DNA from: Priapulus caudatus
Taxonomy: Eukaryota
Length of the DNA: 19,866 nt
Direction: 5' to 3'
Assembly: GCF_000485595.1 (NCBI RefSeq)
Contig: NW_014577079.1
Span: 157,992-177,857 of the forward strand
The notes under the pieces were generated by a model. It saw only the letters and a list, made by a program, of their open reading frames with translations. It searched no databases and was not told the DNA's origin. Shown here one piece after another: positions 1-11,400 of this stretch. Position 1 is the stretch's first letter, and each line of letters opens with the position of its first letter. The translations under genes and the position numbers were made by a program.

Positions 1-679
1 ACTCCTGTAATATAGACTGCTGTATATACTGCTGTATACTCCTGTAATATAGACTGCTGTATACTCCTGTAATATAGACTGCTGTATACTCCTGTAATAT
101 AGACTGCTGTATATACTGCTGTATACGCCTGTAATATAGACTGCTGTATACTCCTGTAATATAGACTGCTGTATATACTGCTGTAATATAGACTCCTGTA
201 TATACTTCTGTAATAAAGACTGCTGTAATATAGACTGCTGTATACGCCTGTAATATAGACTGCTGTATACTCCTGTAATATAGACTGCTGTATACGCCTG
301 TAATATAGACTGCTGTATACTCCTGTATATACGCCTGTAATATAGACTGCTGTATACTCCTGTATATACGCCTGTAATATAGACTGCTGTATACTCCTGT
401 ATATACGCCTGTAATATAGACTGCTGTATATACTGCTGTAATATAGACTGCTGTATACTCCTGTAATATAGACTGCTGTATACGCCTGTAATATAGACTG
501 CTGTATACTCCTGTAATATAGACTGCTGTATATACTGCTGTATACTCCTGTATATACGCCTGTAATATAGACTGCTGTATACGCCTGTAATATAGGCTGC
601 TGTATACGCCTGTAATATAGACTGCTGTATACGCCTGTAATATAGACTCCGGTATACTCCTGTAATATAGACTCCTCTA
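1..679. repeat. Minisatellite, ~25-bp unit ACTCCTGTAATATAGACTGCTGTAT with 10-15 bp sub-units; continues off the left edge
   Basis: The unit and variants (ACGCCTG for ACTCCTG, extra ACTGCTGTATAT) repeat continuously from base 1 to ~675. Confidence 0.95.
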
Positions 680-1947
680 TATTATACACTCCTGATATCG
701 TCGCAAACATTTTCCGCCGTAACCGTGGATGGTTCTATGTAGCGAATGCTGAACGGCGTGTGGGTGGTGGGGGGGGGGATGGGACGTGTAAGGCAAAACA
801 GTATTCGAGGCTACGTACGCTCTGGGGTAATATTCTGTGCAACGTTTCTATACCTGCTATGCGAAAAGGTTACCTCGTGAAAGCGTACATTTGAATTAAA
901 AGCTGTACAAAACAAGGGCACTCGTGAGGCCTTTCCCCCACGTCTGTGGGTGAATAAATACACTGACATTTTCGTGATACGTGGGAGTATGTAAAAGGGT
1001 TTTCAGAAATTTCGTGTTAAATTGCTATTTGAGTGCGCAGGTAGAGTGGTGACAGGTCATAAATGCTGTAATTTTAACAGCGTGTTCAATTCCATATGAA
1101 AGTTGGTACACATTCTTTCATATGTCACACGAATGGCTAGCAGTAATTAATTGTGAACTGCGTCAAAATGTGCACCGTTTTACAAACACTTCTTATGTAA
1201 TCTGAGAAGTAAACAATGAGTTTCTTACCATATCGTCTCATGTAGTTGACCGAACGCTTGCTAAATTTGCCTCCCATTTCAGTTTGTAAGGGTCTTGGTT
1301 TTTTGATGCTGTTAGTCCTATCTGCTGTGGTTATGACTCGCTAATGGTTAGTACACAGCTTTTGTAGTCTAGGCGGGTAATTCTCTCACTACGTAAATGG
1401 AGTTCCATTAGTTCCTGTTTACAAGCGCTTCCGATATCGTTACCTTCCTCAGGATATTGTGATGTCATCCGCTTCCTTTAAATTTTATTCGATTTGCACG
1501 GGTGTGTCCATATATGTGCGTGTGACTATATTGAACGTGTTTAGCTTTAGGTTCCTGCGTAAAGTTGGTGACGCAGTCATTGATGATTCATTTTCCCCCT
1601 TCTAAGCCATGAACAACTCGAGCCATATAAGTAACTTTGTGTGTAGCAAAAAATGTTCATGCTGGTTTCACTCAATTTGTTCGCATCTTTACTGCTTGTT
1701 TGCTATGTTTGACTATAGAGGGGTTGCAATCATTGATACCCACCAGGGGACCATTGTCAGAAACGTTGTAGCTCTGTGATGGTGGGTAGTACTATTATAT
1801 AAGAGAAAATGGCAAGGTACAATAAGAATTATATTACATGTCAATGTTTCTGTCAGTGGCCCCCCAGGCGTCATACTTGCAGTAGATCTGGCCACATTAC
1901 CCGAGGTTCCTTAAAAATCATTTAATTGTTGTGTACGTGTTTTGTAG

Positions 1948-2091
1948 ATTTCAAAGCTAAAGAGCCGTATTGTGGACGTGGCCATTAAAGAGCCATACAT
2001 GGGTGAACAGATTCCTTTAAAATGGCTGAAATTTGAGAGAGAAGTCACGCGACTGGTCAACCAGGGTGTCAACTACTGTTCGCTCCATCAA
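1948..2091 (+). CDS. Exon A: last Roc helix and Roc-COR junction (ISKLKSRIVDVAIKEPYMGEQIPLKWLKFEREVTRLVNQGVNYCSLHQ)
   Basis: Acceptor ttttgtag|, donor |gtatgt, 144 nt, phase-0 end. MGEQIPxxWLxFE is the typical start of COR. Not in the ORF track. Confidence 0.88.
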
Positions 2092-5000
2092 GTATGTAAA
2101 ACGATTTTGCTTACAATAAATGGTTTCAGTTGACTGTGGGTGAAGAAACAGTAATTCATAAAATTGATGAGTATACTACGGGTACGGGAGGTAGGAGATG
2201 GTATCAGGTGTAACATAGAAAGACGCAGGAGAAAGGTTTTATGCTTTAAGATCAGGATGTCTATCAATGTAAGCATAAGATGGGAGATTGCATGAATAAC
2301 ATATAGAAGGGTATGAGATTACGCTTCCCGTAAGAATGTTCTTAGTTGTCATGAAAATTTTTACCAGTATCTCATTGAACTCGGCTGTTAGCGACTTGAC
2401 TGATACATACAAAAAACTGCGCTACAGCTAGAATAATAGCAAGGCTGTCAAGCTCGTTATTAAGCGATCGTGGCTAACACGGCCAATCTCGCCTCCAACA
2501 GATAGCAGACCAAATTTTCTTATACCAGTATGGGATTATAATTAAGCTCACTTCGTTATCGACACGTAAACGTTACCCATACCCTGTTGAAACCGCGTTG
2601 CGACTAGAACCATAGCTGCTAAGCCCGTTACTCTGTGACCACGAATAACATGGCTATGGCTGCTTCTCACGGATTAGGGAGAACAGGGATCAGGGACAAA
2701 TTTCCCATTAGCCAGTACGAAATTAAACTCGGTCGTTATCGACGCGCAAACTTGACCCGTACCTTAGAAACCGTGCTGCAACTAGAATCGTAGCGAAGCC
2801 TTCGAGCACATCACTCTGCCTAGCTGGCTCTAGCCAGTGACCGCCGGGGGGGTCGGTTTCTTATCGCAGATGAGGGAGATCGTTCAGGAGGAGGAGATTG
2901 CACTCGAGGAGGACCTCGCGACGATGCTCAACTTCTACCATGACCTCGGCGTCGTCGTCTACGTCGGCGGCGTTGGCGCCATCGACGACTGCCTCCGCAA
3001 CACCGTCATACTGCAGCCACAGTGGCTGCTCGACGTCTTCAGGCGCGTCATCACGGTCACCGACCTCAATGACCAGGTGAGTCACCCTCGCGGGCCACGT
3101 TGTTATGGTCACCGACCTCAGTGAGCAGGCGAGTCGCACCGCGGGGCGCATCGCCACGGTCACCGACCTCAGTGAGCAGGTAGGTCATCTTGTGGGGCAC
3201 GTCATCACGGTCCCCGACCTCAGTGAGCAGGTAGGTCATCTTGTGGGGCACGTCATCACGGTCCCCGACCTCAGTGAGCAGGTAGGTCATCTTGTGGGGC
3301 ACGTCATCACGGTCCCCGACCTCAGGGAGCAGGTAGGTCTTCTTGTGGGGCGCGTTGTTATGGTCACCGACCTCAGTGAGCAGGTGAGACGCCCTCGCTG
3401 GAAACATTAAGACTTTGGTAGTAAATACATATCGTGTTTATTTACCATCATTTTACTACTGAAACGTTCCAAGTGCCTGTGCACTGTATATTTGATCCTG
3501 TGTACATACGTTTTACGCGCGGCGTCAACGTAATCAAGTATGGATGGCAGAAAGTCTGATTGTCGCGCATTTGCAGTGGCCACATTTCATGGATTCATGG
3601 GGGAAGCTTGAGCGTGAGGGAATCATAGAGGACCGTCTGCTAGACCATATGTGGGCTGACATCATAGAACAGAAGTCTGCACTCATAGGCTTCATGGAGA
3701 GGTTCGATCTACTCTGTGAGCGGCAGCAACCTACCAATGTACGTACCTATATGTGTGTATGTGTATATGTATGTGTTTATATATGTGTGTGGACGCACAC
3801 ACATTTGCGCACATACACACACAAGCAAGCACGCACGCACGCACGCACGCATTCACCACACATCACAGAGAGAGAACAATCACTTTGCTTAATTTGCTTT
3901 GTTTTGCTCTGCTTTGTGTTTTGCGTTTGATTTGTGGTTATTGACGTATAATATTCACGACGGAATTAATGGCCAGATTTGTGGGCAGTTCTGTTGCTTG
4001 TATGAAAAATCCTTACATGGTTTGTGCACGTGCTTTCAGCAATGGTGGTAGCCTTGTAGATTTCCTTTATAGTTCGATAAAATTCCTGGAAAATCTACTT
4101 CTCCCATTACAGCTAATGGACGAAGAGGAAAAGGATTGGGTGAAAAGCTACTATGTGCCTTGTAGACTGCAACAGTGTCCGGACACTAATGGCCTCACCA
4201 CTGCCGGCAAACATGATGCCATTTTCTATTTAGACTTCAATGGATTCATGCCAGGTATTTGTAATGTGATATCATCAGGAGTGTATAATCCCCCCCCCCC
4301 AATCCCTCTCTATTATACACTCCTGATATCATTAATACTAATAATACTCATTGGTATCAAATATAGGTTGTAAGTACAGTGTTTTAGAGAATTATATGCT
4401 TAATATGCTTATATAGTTTCATGCCACATATTTGTTCTATAATGTCATTAATGGTAATTCCTCTTAAATATAGATTGTATTTAGTCACTATAGTGTTACA
4501 GTAGTCCAAAAATCCGGATGTCAGAAATCCGGACCACGCGAGAACCTGGACTTTTCGAAAGCGCTTAAACATTTTGAATTAAGCTTTTTTTGTAGTGAAA
4601 ATTTTTATGCTTACATTTTTGTCAAGTGTTGACTTTATTTTTCTTTAAAACTGCTCGTTTTGATAAATGAAGCATGCTGTATTTGATAATAAATAAACTA
4701 TCAAAATTTACCTGTTCATCTCTTTTTTATTCCTACTTAAATTTAAATTTTAAAAGTACTTCCCGAGAATCCAGAAGTTCCGAAAATCCGGACTGACCCA
4801 ATCCCCGAGTAGTCCAGATTTTCGGTCTTTCACTGTATAGAGAATTCTTCCATTGTAGATTCATGCCAGTTATTTATAGTGTGATCTATGTTACATATAT
4901 ATAGTGTTATAGAGAATTCTATGTTCACAATTTCATAGCAGGTATTTTTGCTGTGTCATAGCAGGTATGTTGTTAGAAGCAAAGACCTATATATATACCT

Positions 5001-8000
5001 GCTATATATAGCTTCCAATGATCAGTGGTAATTGCTCTCAAAAATCATAGTTTGTATGGTATATATATATATATATAGAAAAAAACTTCAAGGCTGTGTT
5101 GCATGAAATATTTTACATAGTGTGTACACGTATTCTGTCAGATTACATTAAGACATGGTCATCTAATAGCAAAGGTAAGATATTATATTATATATCATAT
5201 ATTATTGATATCTTATATTATTTTTATTATTGTGCGATTATTAATTTGGTTGTTAGCTATACGTCACTGCTAACGATGAAGTCTAGACGTGATACGATGG
5301 TACGCACTGCTTTTGCAGATGGCATCTTTCATCGCTTGCTAATCAGAGCTGTGCGCTGGAGTCAGGAGAATGGAGGGCGGGAGCCGAAGCTCTACTACCG
5401 CGTCGCACGCTTCTACGTCAACGACGAACACGACTTCGTGCTGGAGATGTCCAGCTTGCATTATTCACGAATAAAGGTACCGATCGTAGTGCGTACGCCA
5501 CGTCGGTGTAATTCCCGTCTCGGTCAGTGTTGCAGGTGAATCGACATTTTATCGGAAGTTTAACTGTCCTACAGATATGTCTGCAATGTACATAAATATA
5601 TGTATACGTTAATGAGCCAAATACTGGTAAAAAAAGCCAAGGTGGGAAAATAAATATGGTGAAAAGAAGTGCGTATTATCATTGAGCAAGAATCGAGCAT
5701 ATTCAGTATGGTCGGGAAAAAACTGTAGGCAGTAAACGTGGTGTAGGTATATACATCTGATTTTTTACACAGTTTTAATAAGTGCTAGTGCTGCTTAATA
5801 AGGTCAGGTGGTAATAACTGTAGGTGGTATTGTAGATGTGAGTAAGAGAACACGTATGTGATAACTGGCAGTCAGTAGACATGGGTGAGAGTGTATAGGC
5901 ACGTGAGAGCGCAGTGTGCAGGTACGTGTGTGTGCTGTGTGGTGTGTATTACTAATACGCGCGCAAACACGCGCCGAGTTGTGGGGCTGTGTGTGTGGGA
6001 GGGGCCGTGTGTGTGTGTGTGTGGAGGGGGGCGGGCGTTGTGTGTGGACATGCGTTGTATGTGTGCGGTGTGCCCGTGAGCGCATTTGCGTGTTGGTATA
6101 TAGGTCGTGCATGTGCGCGTGCTGCGTTTGCGTACGTTGCCGATGCGTGCGTCGTGCCTGTGCCTGTGCGTTGGCGTTCCGTGTGTGTGACCGTGCGTGC
6201 GTGCGTGTGTGTGCTTTGTGCCGTGCGCGTAGTGTGTGTAGGTTCGTATGTGCGCATGTGTTGTGCGTGCGTGCGTGCGTGCATGTGTATGCATGTACGT
6301 TTGACGTGTTGGGATGTTTCAGGTGCTAGTGCTTCGAGTTGCCGTTCTGGATGATGAGGAGGAGCAGGATATGGAAGTTGGCACAGACAACCTTCCTCCC
6401 CCGAAACCCCACGCATGTGCTGAGGTAAGGCATCAAGTATTGTTTATTGTGCATAGTCTCTCCTCCCAATACTACATTCTTTATATATTCTTAGATTAAA
6501 TTTTGAGAGGTAGGAAAAGTTAGGAGAAGCTGATGTCGAAACGTTTCTTATTCGTTGCCATGTGGCGTATAGCGTTAAATATTTTTGCCGAAGCCCTGGA
6601 AGCTAACTCACTGGCACCACACGTTTTAGTACAGAAATATTGCAGGCCTCCTGTTTAAATATATTTGTTTGTTAATTCGTTACCCAATTGCCTTTGCCTT
6701 TCATCACATGATTTGTGTGAAACAATTATTTCCAGTTATTGCTATTGTTCTTCAACGCGAACCTGATTCTGTTAGTGCTGAATATAAATTTCATAAATTT
6801 CAATTCTCAGCTCTGTTTGAATTCCATTGTCGTTTGTAAACTTTCGCTTTCATTTTGGCTTCTCCAATGCTAAGTCTTCGTCTCGACTTCTATCCGAATG
6901 AATGAATCTGAAATCCGCGCCATGGCAACCCTGGAGTTATTTCCGCTAGTGATGGGTCAACGTCACCGTGCAGTTCCGCATCGCGCTAACGCGCGCGCGT
7001 TCCTTCCCCGCAGGTGCGCCGCTTCCTCGAGCTCGCACTGCAGGACCTGAAGAAGGTGTGGATGTGGCGCATCAGCTACCGCACGATGGTGCAGTGCGGC
7101 TGCAGCCGCGAGTGCGCTCTGCACCGGCGCGCCGCCTGCACCGAGCAGTCCTGCGTGCACTTCCTGCCGCTGGACGACTGTCTGTCGAACAAGGTGAGTT
7201 AGAGGTGATGAGTGTAAGGGAGGGAGGGGCTGAGTGGGAAGGCAGCATGCGAGGGACCCAGGGTGGGGGAAGGGACAGACAGGGTGAGATGCAGGTGGGG
7301 GGGGGGCAGAGGTTAAGGTAAGAATGGGGATGCAGGAGTGTTTATTAATAATTAACAGTTGACCGATGTGACCACTTTGGTTATCTATTGAGATGGCATA
7401 AATTTGGTATATTTTTTCAAGTTTCAATAATGAGTATTTTAATGGAAATTTATATTTCACAGGTTGTGAGCTGTGATCACCGCAGAATTAAAACGGCACC
7501 TTTCAGAAAAATTTTCCCCTCACCGACGCCATTTGGTAATTATACTTTTATATTAGTTTGACTATTAATTATACATAAATAACACGTATATAAAGAGATA
7601 TTGAATTTGAGAAATTTCACACGTTTTTAGAGATATTGAGGTTAAGTCCTGCAGTCAAGTGATTATGATGTCAAATTAGATATTAGCTGTATGACCCTCA
7701 AGTGAAATTATTTCTTTCCATGAAAATATTTACATTTTTGCCCACGTGGCATGCTTGGTCCAAAACTAAATTCCTGAGATATTTTTAAAACAACATACCT
7801 AATATCAAGAACGCACCTGTACCATACAGTATAGATATACTCATGGTGATATTCATATGTTAGTCAAGTTGTAGAGTAAAGTCAAGTCAAATAAAAAGAC
7901 TCAAATCACTTTTTTCCACAGTAAAAGATGGGCCCGTTATTGAGGCCATCAGCAAGGCTGTCATAGCCCAGCAGGCAAGGAACACTGAGTCGGTCGTGAC

Positions 8001-8441
8001 GGATCTGCCGCACTGGGTGAGAGGGGCTGCGAAGATGCTGAACGCCGCCACTCCGGGAGCCGACTGGTCCGCGCTTGCCAAGAAGCTCGGTAGGTGTTGC
8101 CAGTGGCTCACCCTTCTTGGGCTGTTTATGTGCATCGGACCCTCCCCCTTCCCCTCTGGCTTATTTTTTGGTTTCAGCTAAAAAAAAAAAAATTCTCATC
8201 CCAGTGCAATGTCATTGGTCATCACATTGCGCTCGTGTTTTTTGTTCAAAAGAGTTGCCCTGAGTGACACTTACGTACAGGCATTGACAGTGTGTTGCGT
8301 CACTGAACTCACCTTCTGCTCACGCAGGCTATCGTAAGGAGAAGGTGCGTGACTTTGAGGATGACATCAACCCGGGTCTGGCACTGATCGTCGACTGGGT
8401 GCATCGCGGCGGCAACAACGTGGCGTGCGTCNNNNNNNNNN

Positions 8442-8478
<37 letters not shown>

Positions 8479-11400
8479 GCTCTCGCTCTCGCTCTCTCTC
8501 TCTCTCTCTCTCTCCCTGGGGTAAGTTTACGAGTTATTTGCCGTAATTTAAAAGCCTTTTGCGTGAACCTGTCGCGTTGTGCTGTTGTCACTGTGGCGTG
8601 TGTGTGCATATCCCCGTGTTGTGCTGGCTGATGTGCCACCCCCGACCGAGTGTACGGCATAATGCTTGCGTGACCATGAGTATACATTTATTTGCACGCA
8701 TTCGTTGTGTAATTAACATAAGAATACATGTGTTTAAGGTTATGAACATTTGCATGTTCATGGTTGCCTGTATTAGCATTTATGCATACTCGTGGAGTGC
8801 CGTGTGTTCGCAAGCTGCCTCACTAATTCCATGCGTTCAAACCAATCCTTATAGAATCCTTATATTAATCCCTTAGTAATATATTTTCTATTTCTACATT
8901 TCTATGGAATTATATTACTCTGCACCCGTCACCCTACACACCACTGTCACTCTTTCGTTGTCATTTCCAACTGTAATTTCCACCCTGGCACTCTCCCAAT
9001 GTCATTCTCCCACTATCACTCTCCTATACTGTCGCTCTCCTCGTCATTCTCCCACTATCACTCTCCTATACTGTCACTCTCCTCGATTGTGACAATGTTG
9101 TAGATGTACAATGCGTGTAGTTTTACGACAAAGTATACCGTGTGTAATCCTACATCTAACTACGGGGAGATTATCCATCCATTATAAGACTGTCTATGAT
9201 CAAGAGTAGATAATAACAAGATGATAACAAGATTGTTATTATCTACTCTTGCTATATTATGTTACTTTTGCACTGGTTATTTTCGTTTTTACTTCTATAC
9301 GCGTAAATCTCGTGTCTATTATGTCACTTATGCTCGCAGCATGTTCCTGTTTTATCGTGTTGCTCCCATACACATTTTTTACGACCATTCGTTGATGTTT
9401 CTGCCCCCCACGGCTGTGTTACAGAGGCGGACGTGCAGCCAGCTCAGGTGTTTCTCAGCTACTCCTGGGACGTGCAGGACCAGGTGAAGGTGCTGCGCAC
9501 GCGTCTGGAGCAGGCTGGTTTCACCTGCTGGATGGACCTCGGTCAGATGGGAGGTGGAGACTACTTGTACAGCAAGATAGAGTTGGCTATCCGCGATGCA
9601 AAAGTACATAAGAGATTAAAACCTATTCAATCAAATCTGTATCTAATTAAAGGTCATGCAGGAAAATCGTCAAAAAAATTTCCATTCTATGGAGGTGACC
9701 ACTAACACAGGTTTTACTGTATTTTTTTAATAACTGATGCCCATTATCACTTAAGTTACATGTTACATTCAATTATGTGCACAGAGCATATATTCGTAGA
9801 ACATAAATATAGGATTATGTGAGAAAAAAAACAATTTTATGTTTGTGCTACTGGTTTGTAACTAGTGCATGAATGAACTCTCACCAACTCAAATGTTATT
9901 TTCAAACATGTAATGAAAGAATGCAATTATATAATTTAATAAATAGGAGCGACTATTCAATAATAATACTAGTAATGGGAAGGAATCCATTAACGATAAT
10001 AACTTTTATATAGAATTTAAATAAAGACCATTACCGTATTTTGTTACTTGCACACTGCACAGTCCCATCCACTTGGTGGGTTCTTCTTTACGGATCACTT
10101 TCCTCCGGGCGTAGATGGAGGGTCACGTGATGTGGCTGCCCTTGTGTTAGGATTAGGATCAGGGTTAGGGTTAGGATTAGGATTAGGGTTAGGGTTAGGG
10201 AAATAAGGCCATTTCTAGCACGGAAGTATGAGTGGAATATTTCTGTGGAAGATGTGGACTTTGAAGCGTACAAAGTGACTAGTGCTGCCACGTGACGGCA
10301 CCCTCCATCTACGCCCGGGGGAAAGGGACACCCCTTCTTTACATCGTCTGTGATAATCACGGGTGTATAATGACAAATTAAACTTAAATTATTAAAAATT
10401 AAAATTGCTTAAAAAAATTAAAATTAAAATTAAATTATATCTCATTACTCACCCGTGGTATAGTGCATGAACTGCACATAATGATTTCGCTGTGTCGCAT
10501 TCGTTACAGATGGTAGTGTGTTGTATCACTCCTAAGTATGTGAGCTCATACATGTGCATCAAGGAAGCGAACCTTGCTGACGTGCTTCGTAAGCCCACGA
10601 TCCCGGTCATGTTCAAGAAAACACAGTGGCCGCCTCCTAACGGTCTAGCACTTGTCTTTCCCCATCTCCTATACATAGACCTATTCGGTAAGCCACCTTT
10701 ACGCTCGTAATATATTACTAGTAAGGTATTGTACACTAATGCCTGTCGAATCACAGTTTTTTTGGTGGGGGGACCCAACCCCAGAAAAGGTGACTGATTA
10801 CTTGTAGCCATGCCACACAGGCTTATGCCCTTTGTGGTATAAGTGGGTATGAAAGCAGGATGATGTGGAATAGACAGAATAATTGTTTGTAAGATGACAA
10901 AAGTCGAATTAGTTTAGTGCAGAGAGATTCTGCCACTAGTGTGTATGAATATGGTTCATAGTGAAGTTCATCATTCTTTTGAAGTTCATCATTTATTCTT
11001 TGAAGTATTGTAAAGTAAAGCCTAATTTGAATTTCGCTAGGTCTTGGTGGCCACGGTGGAAGCGGCATTCATGCTGACTTTGAGGCTCGAATGGCCGAGG
11101 TCATTTACCAGGTGGCTCAGTACTCACAACCAGCGTTGCCAAGGAAACACCTAGCAGGCTATAAACCTGTGCATTTCGAGCTACAGGAGAAGATGAATGT
11201 ATTCAACGTGGAGGCTGCCACGTTTGTACGAGATTCAGGTGTGCAAAATACAAGCTATGATATCAAATTATATCTGTGTACACAGTGCTTGTGGGCATTA
11301 GCAGTGCTTGATTGCATGTGTCTGATGCGCTTTTGAAAATGTGTTTTATTTGTTTTCAGTGACCACAGCTTCGGTACATGGCGAGGGAGACATTCACGGG

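Noticed and set aside
700..1947. Additional Roc-domain exon upstream of exon A
   Set aside because: No P-loop, DxxG or other G-box motif bounded by good splice sites was found; treated as intron.
2861..3163. Antisense and alternative-frame ORFs over exons B, G and K
   Set aside because: Shadows of GC3-rich coding exons with no independent motifs.
3047..3410. CRISPR array, or stand-alone repeat-protein ORFs (3105..3410 +, 3066..3407 -)
   Set aside because: The spacers are near-identical rather than unique, the unit derives from exon B, there are no cas genes, and the context is eukaryotic. The ORFs stay open only because the unit is 51 nt.
5804..6416. Cys/Val-rich and His/Thr-rich ORFs here and at 3753-3944, 12959-13410, 14371-14768 and 18224-18769
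   Set aside because: Translations of (GT)n, (GCGT)n, (CT)n and (AT)n microsatellites.
8515..8526. Strong donor-like GG|GTAAGT after the gap as the end of exon J
   Set aside because: It is preceded by ~70 nt of (CT)n that cannot encode the missing Death helices; the real donor is probably inside the gap.
10147..10200. True telomere or chromosome-fusion scar
   Set aside because: Short, degenerate, single orientation and enclosed within TIRs and a TSD.
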